Shown piece after piece: positions 30,768 through 45,700 of a DNA stretch of 64,000 nt. Under the pieces are notes generated by a model that worked only from the letters and a program-made list of their open reading frames with translations, was not told where the DNA came from and did not search any database. Every line of letters starts with the position of its first letter. The stretch's first letter is position 1. The translations under genes and the position numbers were made by a program. The DNA is from Macrostomum hystrix (lineage: Eukaryota > Animalia > Platyhelminthes): contig CATNEN010000039.1 of assembly GCA_950097015.1 (NCBI GenBank), forward strand, positions 18,848,001-18,912,000. The letters are read 5' to 3'.

Positions 30768-33700
30768 CTTGCAGCCACAGGGCCAAGCACAGGCTCAGGC
30801 AGAACAGAAAATATTCGAACTAATGACCTGTCGACAGCTGTGTCAGGCACTTCGCAGAGAACCAGGTCGTATTGTGCCAAGTGTTGCTTTGCAGTGCCTG
30901 GGGCAGACAATAAAGTTACCTTAGACCTTGATAATAAATCGATAAAAGTAATATCGATTCTACTAGTAAAAAACAGCTTGGAGCGTAATCCTAGATTTTC
31001 GACTAACCCGTGATGGGCAGACAAGCGCAGATACTTCCAACACTGGACACTTCGCAGAGTTCCCAGGAGCCTCTGCGCAGCAAAAGCGAGGCGTTCAGGT
31101 CGACATCAGTGTCACACAGAGCCCAGTCAGACGGGTGCTGCCTGAGTGAATCGCTGCAGTCGGTGAAGTCACGCTGTGAATAGGAGCCAACAGCGAAACG
31201 GCTTAAAGAATCGCTGGGGATCAGGTGGTCGAGGTTCAGCGACTGGTAGTTGCCGCTTGCTCGACGGAACCGTATCTGCCTGAAAGCGGCAAAATGCAGC
31301 TTTTTTAAAATGCGGCGCAGATCAGTAAAATCCAAAGAAAAAATAGTATTGTCATTACTTCCCCTTCTCTCTGTATTTGTTTACGCACGCGCGTCTTCGT
31401 ATTGCACTTTCGCCTCTCTCCCTCAATATGTTCAACTTCTTAGCTGCCATTCACTTATCTATCCTTTCCTCGTCTCTGATTGGCTAGCTGCTCGTGTCTC
31501 TCTTTCCTCACTCCCTCCTTCTCAGTTCTTACCCTCTGAACCGTCCTTATCTATTTGTTAAAATATTTGATCCTCGGTCCAAAGGCCTTGCCGTTTTTGA
31601 TTCGCTCAGTGCTGTAAAGACTGGCTCTTAATTCTAAGACTCGATTTTCTAAGAACCACAGTTATTAATACTCGTATATTAATATAGATTACATCTAACC
31701 AGCTGGGCCAGATGTGAATCTAGTGGCTTGTAGCCCTGAGGTTACTACACATTCGGACTTTTAGCCAAGAGGTCTAGAGTTCGACTCTCAGCCTAGAGAA
31801 ACAATTCTTGTTCTTAAGTAAAACACTTAATCACTTAAGCGCTTCAGAACGAACCTGTCAACAACTAGCAGTTCAACATCGTCTAGCTGCCCGACGGTAT
31901 CCAGCACGACCGTGGCCTGCGGCAACCGGCCAAACTCGATCAGCATGAGGCGTGTTCGCTGCGGCGAGCGCAGAGAAGTGGCAGATTCTAGCCAGAGCAG
32001 GTTGTCTCTGAGCCAATCGAAGCCCATCCAGTAGATGAGAATGCTGTCCTAAATGAGGTTGGGGATAATTGATGAGACCATAAAATCCTTGGTTGATTGG
32101 AAGCTGTGTCCGAGCACTTTATGTTCATAAGGGTCATGACTTTTGTCATGACTAATGTCATGACTTTTTCGAGTGATAAATGGCGTTGGTTCGGTTCGGA
32201 TAGGTTCAGACTAATAATTTACTCTTTTAAGATGCAGACGGCACTCACATTCGACATTGGCCGACTGTAGATTGACTCTCTGCCTGGCTGATCGACAGGT
32301 GATAAGAACACCTGACGCCCGATCGCGTAGAACATCAAAGCGTGGTGGCGCTTCACAACAAAGGCCGTCACGTCAGACAGTCGGACTGGGGTCGCTCCAG
32401 CGCCTACCTGCTCATAGACCAGGTCGCGGCTCTGACCGCTAACGTCGACTTGCTTGTCCGTTGTCACGCGGAGGCTGTCAGTTCGATCGAAACTGCCACC
32501 GTCCGAGCAGGCGTTCGGTCGCTGCTCGCTGCTTTCATCGCTGACGGTGCAGCCGCGGGAGTTGCATGCGGCGACGCTGAAGCAGGCGATCTGGTCGGCA
32601 CTGTCTAGCGGGGCGCCGAAGCAGCTGCGCTGGCGACCAATGCGGTGCTTGGACCAGCGCTGGCCGAAATCGCTGCCCGGCGACCTGCTTGTCACTCGCA
32701 GCGTCACTTGGTACTCTTGCACAGGATTGGCTCGCGAATTTGACTGATCGGGTGGGCTCCAGCACAGCTGCACGTCGGCTGCGCCACTGCCTGAAGGCTT
32801 CGGGTGTCGATACACGGAAAGGCTGACCGGTGGTTTCGGTGCTGCGGAATGTGGTGTGGTGTGAGACGCCTGCGGATCCATCGATGTGAACCAATGAAAA
32901 ACCTAGAACTTTTCATGCCTATTTTTCGACTTCATTTCGACTTTGCACTCAGAGAAAGAAGCCTAAACCTTTGCCACTAGTCCACTTCTCCTGCCTCTAT
33001 TCACTCAAATATTGAGTCTAATTAAAACAAAACCAAGATGCCAAAAAGGACTAGAATAATATCGAATGAATTTTAATCCACTCAATTCACCCATCCACAA
33101 CTTAACCCACGTGACAACCGAAACGGAGTCGAAGGTAAGAAGTAAAAAATTTTGTGCTTGAGAAAAGCTATTTTATCTTAACATCCCTCTTAGTAAGTTT
33201 ACATCCATCTGATAGGCTGTATGTTGGACCACCTGACTACAAGAAAATATATGGAAAACTTAATAATGTCAGCAATAATAATTATAATTGCAGGAGGGCT
33301 GTGGACAATGGCAATCATTTTGTGACACTAGACCCGAAGCCAGCGAGGAGGCAATTCTGCCCATTTCGCTGACTCCTGAGCACACAAGCACTCAGATAAC
33401 GTACGCAGGCACACGCTCACACAGGTGTGTACATCTGCTCTGACTTTCTCATCGTCAGGTGCAGTGCACACTCGAACTGTGCCTTGGAGGTTGGCCCTCA
33501 AGGGCGTAAATTGCACGACAAGCCCCCAAGCCTTCTCTCCGCGGCTGCGCCCCAAATGAATGTGGCCTCGCCGTGGAATCGAACTTAGGGACCTTGGCGC
33601 GAGAGGCAGACGCGTTAACCGCTCTGCCACCGACCCCATATTGAAAAATCTTGAAAACATGACATCTTGAAAAGTGCAACAGCAGGAAAAATATTAAAAT

Positions 33701-36700
33701 ATTAAATTCGAAATTATGAAAGTCATCAGAGCTCATCAGAGACAAAACTACTTACATAATTAAAATAAATATAAATCTAGTTAGAAAGACAAGTCGTTCA
33801 TAAAATAATTTAAACACGGTGATATCAATGCTCTCTGGAGTTCAAGACGGCAAAAACATCAAGTTTGCATCGTGGTAAAAAATCTGCTGACCCCGCTTAC
33901 CCGGAGATCTAACCTGATTAAGCCCCTAAATTAAGTCCTCTCACCAGCTATTGGCGCTACCATGGTCAAGTTGAGCGTCTGCGAGCTGCTGGCCCAGGCG
34001 GTCACCGGTGTGACCTCCAGATGAACCACAGCCAGAGGCCGCACCCCAGTCTGACGTAGCCAGCTGCGATCCAACAGCGCTACTAATCGATTTCTGCCGT
34101 CGATTTCTAGACTGACCAGGTACCGGGTTAGGCCAGGTGGCGACGATTCCGGCCATTCGACGTGCAAATCGCCGTCAATCGAAAATCGTTTTGTAACCAG
34201 AGACGCATTTACCGGTGTCGGAATCACCGACAGATTGCGTCTGATCAGCGCATTCAGCAAATCTGACGGGAGTTTTAAGTGAGTACTGATTAATGTTGCT
34301 CAGTATTTTTAGTTGAGCACTTGTAGTCCCAAATTGGGTGTTCTCAAGTCGTCTGCACCCTCCTGTTCAGCGCTCGAACGAACGAACCAATACGCTATGA
34401 AGTCCAGTTTAAAACTCTTTGCTCCATTAAAATTTTATCGGACAAGTTTTGTTTTTTAGCAACCTCGAGGTAACTAACCAGATTCTGGGCCTCTGACGAC
34501 AGCGAAGGGCAAAGACGACCGCTGCTCCAGCAGGAACGAGTCGTTGTAGTAGTTGCCGCCACCGCGGCCGCCTTTGCTGTCGCCCAGTGACATAACACTG
34601 ATACCATTGCGGTGGCTCCAGAGCACCTTGCTGCCAAGTACCTGAAGCTGAGAGTAGCGGTCGAATGGTCGAATAGTTGCCACAAAACTAGCAGCACTAG
34701 CGGAGCAGTTGACTTCGCCGAATGCAGCCTGAACCGTCAACTGGGAGTAGAAGAGAGCCGCAGAGTCGCCGCCATCGAACAAAGCATAGTACAGTCGATG
34801 CTGTCTTTCCAACTGACGACCGCCTTTGATGGCCAAGTTAAGCGCCAATAGTTCGTCTGAGTCTTCTACGTGAACAGCCGATATGTAGGCTGATACCTGT
34901 CGCTGAGGCAGGGCCAGTAGGAGGCGCTTAGCTCCGCCGCTGAGACTGCCGGCCCACACCTGGCTTGTGGTGCTCCACAGCAGCATTGCGCGCGACGTCA
35001 GCAGAGTGAAATGCGTCGCCGTTGTTCGATGGAGAAGCCTTTGACTACCGTCTGGCTGAGTGCGGTAGATCTTTGAAGCGGTTGATAATGCATAGCTTGG
35101 TACAGCCGCAGTTATTACATCGCACATGTGGGTCAGTGGCAGACTGGTCTAACGCGTTTGTCTCTCACACCAAGGTCCCTGAGTTCGATTCCGCGACGAG
35201 GCCACATTTATTTGGGGCGCAGCCGTGGAGAGAAGGCTTTGGGGGCATGTCATGCAACTTACGCCTTTCAGGGCCAACCTCCACAGCACAGTAAAAGTGC
35301 ACACTGCACCTGACGATGAAAAAGTCAGAGCAGATGTACTCACCTGTGTGAGCGTATGCCTGCGTACAGTATCTGAGTGCGTGTATGCTCAGGAGTCAGC
35401 GAAATGGGCAGAATTGCCTCCTCGCTGGCTGCGGCTCTATAGTCACTAAATGGTGTGCCATTGCCCACAGCCCTCCTGTAAGTATTGTTTACATGACCGA
35501 GTAATTGACATTTGACTGCCCCAATTCGAGTTAAGATGCGAATTCCAGGATTTAGTTAACAGTCTAAAACTCTCAACACTTGGTAAAAACCTCTCCTTTA
35601 GAAGTTGGAGGCAAATTGCACAGTTTAGGATTTCATAAAAATTTTGGTCTGGAATTTCCGTGCTCACCGAGGCCTCGTCGCCAATCCAAAAAAGGCTGCC
35701 GCTCAGCCATTCGTAGTCGATGTGCCGCGCCCTCAAGCCCAAGGCCCCGCGGCCCTGCTGACAGCCGGCGTCATCGAATTCAGTTCGAAACCAATCGCCT
35801 GCATCGGAGCCGATCCAGACTCGGCTGGAACCCATGACGCTCATGTCTGGAGGGGTTCGTTGCAATACCGTCAGCTTGTTTTTGCTAATTGAATACGCTT
35901 GTACTAAAAAATTCGGGACGACTGTTAAAAAATAGTCATTGTGAACTAAGTGTACTAAGTCAGTGCGTATAGTCAGTTGGTGACAAGGGTTGAAGGTCCA
36001 CAAGGTCCGCCTAGGAGAGGGCCGGTATAGACAGCCTTCTGTGTGTGGGCGTCATTGAACGCCTGACAAAGTTTTACTGAGTTGCAGTGCTCATCGGCGT
36101 ATGGAGGCACTAATTGGTGTTGTAAATGCGTTTGAGCTTTTCTGGGAGAAATCAGACTTTTTGTCAGAACTGCTGAATAGCTACGTTTTGGGAACGTGGC
36201 GACTTGTTCTTGGTTTAGAAGGTGCATACCAAAAACTTTGCCCGTGTTATAGTTTTAGAATGTGTCGGAGGATAAATTCCTCTCTTTTTACTTCTACTGT
36301 AAGAAGTGCCCGGTAACGAAAACTGGATGTTTGGTAAATCTGCGTGTTCCGTGTCGCAAGAAACTCACAGGCCGGATAATGCAGCCAGCTGGTCTCCTGA
36401 CAGGCCCTCAGGCGCGGCTCCGTCAAGGACGTCTCATTGAACTCCAGCAGTGCCAGCCGATGGGCGGAGCCGCCACCAGCTGCGGGCAGCATCGCGAACA
36501 GGCCGAGCCTCTGGGAGTCCCGCTGACGAGAACAAACCACAGGCCGGCTCCACGCAGCCTCGGCTTCGCTTGGTGGCAGAGTTGGCGGCTGGTCGTAGTA
36601 AGCCACAGCTGAGACTGTGGCTGTGGGAGCAGTCAGTGGAAAATTGACAACCTGCCAGGTGTCTGATGAAGCGACTGCTGCTGGCTCCAGCACCGGTTGG

Positions 36701-39700
36701 TGCAGAGTCGACGGAGAGTTGGAAGTCCAGACCGCAATGCGCCAGTCACGGAATGCCGTAGGGCCTGCGAGGTTTAAGGTAAGTTGTGAGTACCAACAAA
36801 ATTATTCGATTCTGACACGAGTCAGTAACCACGAATTCGGTTGCAACAGCGACGACATACAAGCTAAATAACTATAACAGTTGCAGGAGGCTGCGGGCAA
36901 TTGCACATCATTTGGTGACTAGACCCGCAGCCCTCAAGGTTGGCCCTCAAGGGCGTAAATTGCAGGACAAGCCCCCAAGCCTTCTCTCCGCGGCAGCGTC
37001 CCAAAGGAATGTTGCCTCGGCGCGGAATCGAGCTCAGGGACCCTGTTGATTGCGTAAAGCGTAAACCCAGCGAAGACATTCTGTGTACATAATTGTGTAC
37101 ACAGTCAGTACACATACATATACTCACTCTGCTCTCCTGCAGGCCTTGGCGACCAAACTCTGGCGAATGCGCTGACAGCTCCGCAGAACAATTCCAGCCG
37201 GGGAAGTGCTAGCGGCGTGGGTTTCGGCTGGCAGGCCGGCTCAAGGCATTCCAGGTCGCGCACACTGCCGGATCCTTGGCGAAGTCGCATTCGATCTACA
37301 CCAACCTTCAGGAATATTTTAATGTATGTTTTCTTTCGTTATATAATAGCTCGTACTTTCAACAACAAAGGTTTGGCACAACCTGTTTGGGTGTGAGTTT
37401 TGCTTGGTCTGACTTTAGCACTAAACTTCCTGAGCTCGAATCTGCGTGTGCAGCCGCTGAGAGAAGGCCGATGGGGCAGTTAACGCCTATGAGGGCTAGA
37501 CACCGAAGACACAGAGAGAGTTTAGACAGCCTGAACATGAGAAAGTCAGGGCAGAAGTACACACAAGTGTGTGAGTTCTTGCAGAATACGCAGAATTGTA
37601 ATGGGCAGGGTTTGTTCTGTAAATTGCACAGTTAGATCTCAGGTACAGGTGAAGGTCACGGCCCGTGATCACCCTGGATCCATCGCTCCAAGCCAGCGGA
37701 CCGCTTGGAAGGCTGAGCAGTCGAATAATTGACGCTCTGTCCATGTTCTGTTTTAGTTTGATGTCTCCGCCCCGGAGGTCGCTGGACCACACGGCACTGG
37801 CGTTGGATGCCTGGACGAGCAGCAACCGCTGACTGCTTGGCAGGACTCGGAATGTCGCCAGCGTCATTGCGGGGGATTTTGACGTCGCATCGTCTGCGAG
37901 ATGATTGAGAGCGAACGAGTTTTAGGTAATCTGGGATCCGTGATATATAACTTGTAAATTCTGAGTACAAATATGACTAAGCAACAGGCTGTTGAGCTCA
38001 CCGTCATTTTTCATGGGCAATTGTGTCCAGTTTAGTTGTTGACCACCGTCTCGCGGTAGATCGCTGCGAAAAAGTCCACCCTCTACGAGAATGAATAGAT
38101 ACCTGCGCGGCCATAAAAATGTCAAATTTGTTTTTGTCTTCCTAAAAACATGCCGCTTTGACAGAAGGTGTGCACAGAGCCCAAGGATTTACCCGTTCAG
38201 CGGATCCACCTGCCACTGGATTTGGCCGGGTTGACGAATTCGATCTCGGACACCGGGCGCTTCGCCGACTTTCCTTGGCTCGTCATTGACTTCTGTGCCA
38301 TACCAGTCTGTCGCTTGTTGAATGTCCTGTTTGTAAAGTCGTGAGATGCATTCGTCCATAACAAAGAAGAAATGGCACCTAACCCAGTTGTACCAGATTT
38401 ACAGCCGATGGCACACCCAAAAGCTGTGTACAGTTAGCTGTTCATTCTGTGGACCCAAGAGTCCCCCCAAAGCCGGCGCCACGCCCTGGTCGCGCTCAGC
38501 TACCGCTCAACCCAGGCGGAGATGTGCATCCTTCGCACTGCTTACTTCAGCACAGCGATGGCCGGGCGGAGAAACGACAATCTCCAGGAGGCCCACCTCG
38601 GCTGGAACATCAAATGGGAGCTGCTGGCGCTGGTGTGGAGCCTGAAGCTCAGTGTTCCCAGCTTCACCGGTTACTGCGACCATCGGCGCTTCAGGGGCTG
38701 CTGGCGACCATGGACCCGGAAGGCAGGCTTGCGCCGGGTCTGTCGACGCTGCAGCAATTCTCTTTCTCGCTGCTGTACCGGCCTGCAGGTCGGGAGAATG
38801 TGGTGCCAGATGCGCAAGGCCGGGTGGCCCCGCTGGGAGGCAGCTCGCCTGCATGAGGAGCAGCGGCAGGTCCCGCTGCTGAGCAAGTTGTTCCAGGCGC
38901 TGGCGAAGATCGACGCCGTAACGGTGGCAGATGCACTGCTCAGAGCCGTTGTTCTGCGGCACGGCGCCCAAAAAGTGCTGCGCAGTGACCAGGGCCAACA
39001 GTTTGAGAGCGAAGTCTTCACCTGGCTCTGAGAGCAGCTGGGCATCGAGAAAACTCGCACATCGCCATTCCACCCAAGCGGCAACAGGCAACCGGAAATT
39101 GAACGACATGCTGGCGACAGTCGTGTCGGAAAACCAGCAGGACTGGGACCTTAAGCTGCCCTACGTCACGTGGGCCTACAATAACTCCTCCTCGACAGCT
39201 GGCTGATGGCCAACGACAAGGCGGCGAGCGGCAGCCCTCACGCCTTTCTGCAGCAGACGCAAGCGAACATGCTGGTGAAGCGGTGCGTCTGCTGCTGTTG
39301 TATTATTGCTCTTGACCTGGTTTTAGGCAGCAATATAAGTATTTTCCCCAAGAACTAGTTGGTATAGCAAGGCAGTTCTTTGTCAGTTCATGTCGGATCT
39401 CACTCACCCCGGGCTTAGTAAGAATGTAGACATGCCGGGCCACCCAGTCCACAGCCAGTTTCAGCACCTTCTGACGTAGACGCGGCAGTTCGACTAAGGA
39501 CGCTGCAGGACCGCTGCCCCTAGCAGAATCTGGCGATAGACTCCTGCGAGTCAGACTGCCTGAGTAGTCGACTGAGAACAGTAGCTGCTGATGATTGTCC
39601 GCTGCGAATGCTGGCATTTTAAATAGATCAGAACACGTTTTTAAGCTTCTATATGCTTTGGGAACAAAATAAAAGCAAGCCTTCGTTTTTGTTATATCAA

Positions 39701-42700
39701 AATTAGTAGATTTACTATACTTTGCACAGCACAATTGGCAAGCAAATTCTTGAAAACTCTGCCAGCATGCAGCAATCTTTCACACTCGTTACCTCTGAGA
39801 CTGAGTCCCGGAAACATTGGAACGAGTTCTGGTAGAACTGAAGATGAACAATTATATTATACTAGTAATATGCGATATAGCTACTTAGGGTAGAAAGTTC
39901 AGGATATCAAATGCTCAAAGTTGATTAAAATGGTTGACTATTCTTAGTATTGGCTACTGACTAGTTGTTGCGAAATTCCTAAATTCGTACAACCAATCAG
40001 CGGGCGGAGTGGGTGGGTGATGGGCGGGCAGAGACGAAAACAGGACGCCAACCAATCAGCGCGGGTTGGATGGGTGGAAAGACGAATACTGGACGCCAAC
40101 CAATCGTACGTCGGTCCAATAATGGGATGATTGGGATGGTGGCGCCGAGAGACAAGCCAATCAGCGCCCTTTCCGACGATTATACCAAAACTGAAATACA
40201 GATGGCACTAGATCTTTTAGACATAAGAGAAGAATTATTTACCCACAATTCCTGCTGAGTCGTTGCCCTTGACAACGGTGCTGTACCTCGGCGGTCCTGG
40301 CACCGTCACGGTCTTCAACGTGCCACCAACTAGCAGCACTAACTGAGCCTTCGATTTCGACCCAGCGAAGGCGCTCGATGCCGGCTGAAGGACGCGGATA
40401 CTCGCTGAAGGTCCTGCGCCGTATTGATTGACAGCCGAGAGGCTGAGCGTCAGTTGACAGCTGTTAGACGCAGTTGGGGGACAGACGGGGGCTGCGAGGA
40501 GCACTGGACTCCGGCGCACAAACTCCGACTGGGTGACAGTCGGTGGCAGGTCTGACGCATTGCCTGCTATCCACTGTTGCAGCTGCAGGGTATAGCCTGC
40601 GAATTCAAAGGTTACCGGTTTGTTGAGAATTCAGGTAGGGGACAGTTGCCAAATGAAAAGATAAAATCTGATTCGCCGACAAAGCAGGAGCAAATAAAAA
40701 AACTAGTTTTTTGACTTCTATCTAATTTGACGGTGCAAAAGCTCGAGATTGTTTTGCCAATCTGGAGAAGGCTTGGGGGCTTGTCGTGCAATTTACGCCC
40801 TTGAGGGCCAACCTCCAGGGCACAGTGAAAGTGTACACTGCCTGACGATTAGAAAGTCAGGGCTGATGTGCACACCCGTGTGAGTGTGTGCCTTCGTACA
40901 GTATCTGTGTGCTTATATCATATAGATATAAGTTGTTGTTGTCCTCGGGTCATTGATTTCTATAATGTACAAATCCAAAACGGCAGCGACATTTACCGGT
41001 TAGGCGCGCGTTGGAACTATTTGGTGACAGCCAGGCAGCTCGAAGGATGCGGGCAGTTTCAGTCCAAGTGGCCTTGAAAGCTCGCGGCTCACTTTCGGGC
41101 GCGGCTGCAGTAGAAATTTAGGATTCAAATGACACTCAATAGAAATGACACCTAGAGATTTAACCCAGTTGAGCAAGATGTTACAGCCGGTGACACAGCC
41201 GCAGCTATTGCGCGGGGGCATTCAAAGACTGTGTACATCTGTTCAGTCCATGGACTGGGTAGGCCGCCAAAAGCCATCCGAATATCTACCCTAGCTAACG
41301 CTGGTTCCCCTTTTAACAGCTGGATTAGCTGAAGCTAAAGCTGTGAAGTTGTGACTCGAACTCCCGGCATCCGCGTCAAAAGGCCCTCAAACCGCCTCCC
41401 CCACTACGCCTAGCCATGTCTGTCGGCTCAACTAATTTGTTTAGATTTCGAGCGTATTTCTATCGTGCTAGTTGACAAACAAAACAACATTTTAAAGCCT
41501 TCTGGTACTCACCAAGGCGTTCATTCGTCGTGAAACTCGCCGAATCGCCAATATTTAGCAGCTGATTATTTGTTACATTCCAGGCAGCCAGGCGGACCTT
41601 AAGAAAACGATATTTAGCTTTGTGCTTCGTTCCCCGGGGTCCCCGAGCTCGATTCCGCGCGGCGAGGCCACATTCATTTGGTTCGCTTGTGGGCCACATT
41701 CAAGATAAGGCTTGTCGTGCAATTTACGCCCTCGAGGGCCAACCTCCAAGGTACAGTGAAAGTGTACACTGCACCTGACGATGAGAAAGTCAGAGCAGAT
41801 GTACACACCTGTGTGAGCGTGTGCCTGCGTACAGTATCTGTGTGCGTGTGTGCTCAGGAGTCAGCGAACTGGGCAGAATTGCCTCCTAGCCGACTTTGGT
41901 TTGGTGTCACCAACTGCACATGGCAGTTGACTTCAGGGCCGTCCAGCGCATAACTCACATTAAATTCAAGCATGTGATTTTGGTTCGGTCTAAGCCCCTT
42001 TGGACGGGGGCGAGTGGGTCAACGGCTAGCGTCGCTGCCTCGCACTCCAATGGACGCTAGTTCGATTCTCCCTTCAAGTCACGATTAATTTCGGGACTTG
42101 TTGGGGGGGGGGTTTGGGCAGTAGCGACCGGAGGTGCACCATATTTCGTGCAATCAAAGCTTGAAATAATAGCTTTGCTCCTACCTTTCTGTGTGCCTGT
42201 TCTGCGTTGTGTGAGTTGTGTGCGTTGGCGCTGGGGCGTGAGGCCTTGCGGGGGGTGGCTGGGGGGCGGGTGTACACCGCCGCGCGCTTTCTGGATTTCC
42301 GTCAGCGCGATTGGATAAGTGTACACTCATCAACCGGCCCCCCTGAGGACTGATTTCTTTTCAGCCTTCCGCCCCGGCTTGGTCTGCTCTATGCGTGTGG
42401 GGCTGGGGTGGGGGGCACTGCTGCCTATTCTGGGTGCCTCCTGCCCTCCCCGGCTGGTCTGTGCTGCTGTGTGTGGTGCCTGCTTAGGGCGGCGCGATGG
42501 GCGCTAAGCGCCTAGTTCGCCGGTCTGGGGGCGTGCCGCTCCGTCGCTTGTGCGACAAGTGCCACGGGCCCCCCTGCAAATAGATTGATAGAAGCCCGAA
42601 TGGACACACTGTTTAGGCTTTCCTGAATAGGCACTCTTTTGAGAGATAGATTCGATTTGCAACGCTACGTGCCAGACGCATATTAACCTACTGATAGTAC

Positions 42701-45700
42701 TATTTTATGAGACTATTAGTGCTTTTTCTTACCTGGTAGCGCGTAAATGGTACTAGACCATCCAGCTCAACAGGCAGTTGCCTCACCGATTCGATTCGAC
42801 TTATCCAGACAGCATCTTCATCCTCCTCTTCATCGCGCAGCATCCTCAACTCCAACGACAGCCTTCGCCTTTCATAATCGTTAATGATTGACAAAGTAGA
42901 CGATTGCGTCGACTTGCAGTTAAGCAGAGCGGTCGTGTCGTTTGCTGTCTGGACTAGTAGCTCGCAAGGCGGTTGTGGAACTGCGATGGGAAATAATAGG
43001 AAAATGGGAAAAGTGCATATGATTCGGTATGTTATCTGTGATCAATCTCTCCTTCAGTGTCTATGGGTGTTTGGTCAGTCTCTCCTTCAGTGTCCATGGG
43101 TGCTTGGTCACTCTCTCCTTCAGTGTCTATGGGTGCTTGGTCACTCTCTCCTTCAGTGTCCATGGGTGTTTGATCACTCTCTCCTTCAGTGTCGATGGGT
43201 GCTTGGTCACTCTCCTTCAGTGTCTACGGGTGCTTGGTTACTGTCTCTTTCAGTGTCTACGGGTGCTTGGTTACTCTCTCTTTCAGTGTCTATGGGTGTT
43301 TGATCACTCTCTCCTTCAGTGTCCATGGGTGCTTGATCACTCTCTCCTTCAGTGTCCATGGGTGCTTGGTCACTCTCTCCTTCAGTGTCCATGGGTGCTT
43401 GGTTACTCTCTCCTTCAGTGTCCATGGGTGCTTGGTCACTCTCTCCTTCAGTGTCTATGGGTGCTTGGTCACTCTCTCATTCAGTGTCCATGGGTGCTTG
43501 GTCACTCTCTCCTTCAGTGTCTATGGGTGCTTGGTCACTCTCTCCTTCAGTGTCCATGGGTGTTTGATCACTCTCTCCTTCAGTGTCCATGGGTGCTTGG
43601 TCACTCTCTCCTTCAGTGTCTACGGGTGCTTGGTTACTGTCTCTTTCAATGTCTACGGGTGCTTGGTCACTCTCTCCTTCAGTGTCTAAGGGTGTTTGGT
43701 CACTCTCTCCTTCAGTGTCCATGGGTGCTTGGTTACTCTCTCCTTCAGTGTCCATGGGTGCTTGGTCACTCTCTCCTTCAGTGTCTATGGGTGCTTGGTC
43801 ACTCTCTCATTCAGTGTCCATGGGTGCTTGGTCACTCTCTCCTTCAGTGTCTATGGGTGCTTGGTCACTCTCTCCTTCAGTGTCCATGGGTGTTTGATCA
43901 CTCTCTCCTTCAGTGTCCATGGGTGCTTGGTCACTCTCTCCTTCAGTGTCTACGGGTGCTTGGTTACTGTCTCTTTCAGTGTCTACGGGTGCTTGGTCAC
44001 TCTCTCCTTCAGTGTCTAAGGGTGTTTGGTCACTCTCTCCTTCAGTGTCCATGGGTGCTTGGTCACTCTCTCCTTCAGTGTCTAAGGGTTTTTGGTCACT
44101 CTCTCATTCAGTGTCTAACCATAAGAATCGATTCAGCGCACAAGTATTCGTCGCACCTTCTGGTTCCGCTTGGATTCAATTGTGCGTGAAAACGTGACTT
44201 TGTCCTGATAATGATAAGAAATTGCGAGATAAACGTACAAACACTCACTACAACATCTGACTGGCTGTATCTCCGCCTTTAATGGCAACCTATTGAATCT
44301 GGTGCTATTAGGACAGCTGAAGCCGCGTTCACACTTTTCAGACTATTGAGAAACTAATATCTACCTGTCTGTATATCTGCAATTTTGCAGCAAAGTTTTT
44401 AATTCGCGACGATATCGGGAAGTATATGGGATATGACTGAATAAATGGAAGGTAGATTGGTAGAGTAAGGATGTAGATTGATAGAGTACGTTGTAGATTG
44501 GTAGAGTGGAAGGTAGATTAGTAGAGTAGGGTGTAGATTGGTAGAGTGGAAGGTAGATTAGTAGAGTAGGGTGTAGATTGGTAGATTGGAATGTAGATTG
44601 GTAGAGTAGGACGTAGATTGGTAGAGTAGGACGTAGATTGGTAGAGTAGGATGTAGATTGGTAGAGTAGGACGTAGATTGGTAGAGTAGGATGTAGATTG
44701 GTAGAGTAGGACGTAGATTGGTAGAGTAGGATGTAGATTGGTAGAGTAGGACGTAGATTGGTAGAGTAGGACGTAGATTGGTAGAGTAGGATATAGATTG
44801 GTAGAGTAGGACGTAGATTGTTAGAGTAGGACGTAGATTGGTAGAGTAGGACGTAGATTGGTAGAGTAGGACATAGATTGGTAGAGTAGGACGTAGATTG
44901 GTAGAGTAGGATGTAGATTGGTAGAGTAGGACGTAGATTGGTAGAGTAGGACATAGATTGGTAGAGTAGGATGTAGATTGGTAGAGTGGAATATAGATTG
45001 GTAGAGTAGGACGTAGATTGGTAGAGTAGGACGTAGATTGGTAGAGTAGGACGTAGATTGGTAGAGTAGGACATAGATTGGTAGAGTAGGATGTAGATTG
45101 GTAGAGTGGAATATAGATTGGTAGAGTAGGATGTAGATTGGTAGAGTAGGACGTAGATTGGTAGAGTAGGACGTAGATTGGTAGAGTAGGATGTAGATTG
45201 GTAGAGTAGGATGTAGATTGGTAGAGTGGAATATAGATTGGTAGAGTAGGATGTAGATTGGTAGAGTAGGACGTAGATTGGTAGAGTAGGACGTAGATTG
45301 GTAGAGTAGGACGTAGATTGGTAGAGTAGGACATAGATTGGTAGAGTAGGACGTAGATTGGTAGAGTAGGACGTAGATTGGTAGAGTAGGACGTAGATTG
45401 GTAGAGTAGGACGTAGATTGGTAGAGTAGGATATAGATTGGTAGAGTAGGACGTAGATTGTTAGAGTAGGACGTAGATTGGTAGAGTAGGACGTAGATTG
45501 GTAGAGTAGGACATAGATTGGTAGAGTAGGATGTAGATTGGTAGAGTGGAATATAGATTGGTAGAGTAGGATGTAGATTGGTAGAGTAGGACGTAGATTG
45601 GTAGAGTAGGACGTGGATTGGTAGAGTAGGACGTAGATTGGTAGAGTAGGATGTAGATTGGTAGAGTAGGACGTAGATTGGTAGAGTAGGACGTAGATTG

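Noticed and set aside
35310-35340. CTGACGA-TGA-GAAA-GTC in SINE A resembling hammerhead core boxes
   Set aside because: There is no room for stems II or III; CTGAC simply pairs with GTCAG in a plain hairpin.
41934-42577. GC-rich intronic block with CAGGG...CCCTG ends, possible hAT MITE
   Set aside because: The TIR match is poor and there is no 8-bp TSD. It is probably TE-derived, but I cannot support boundaries or family.
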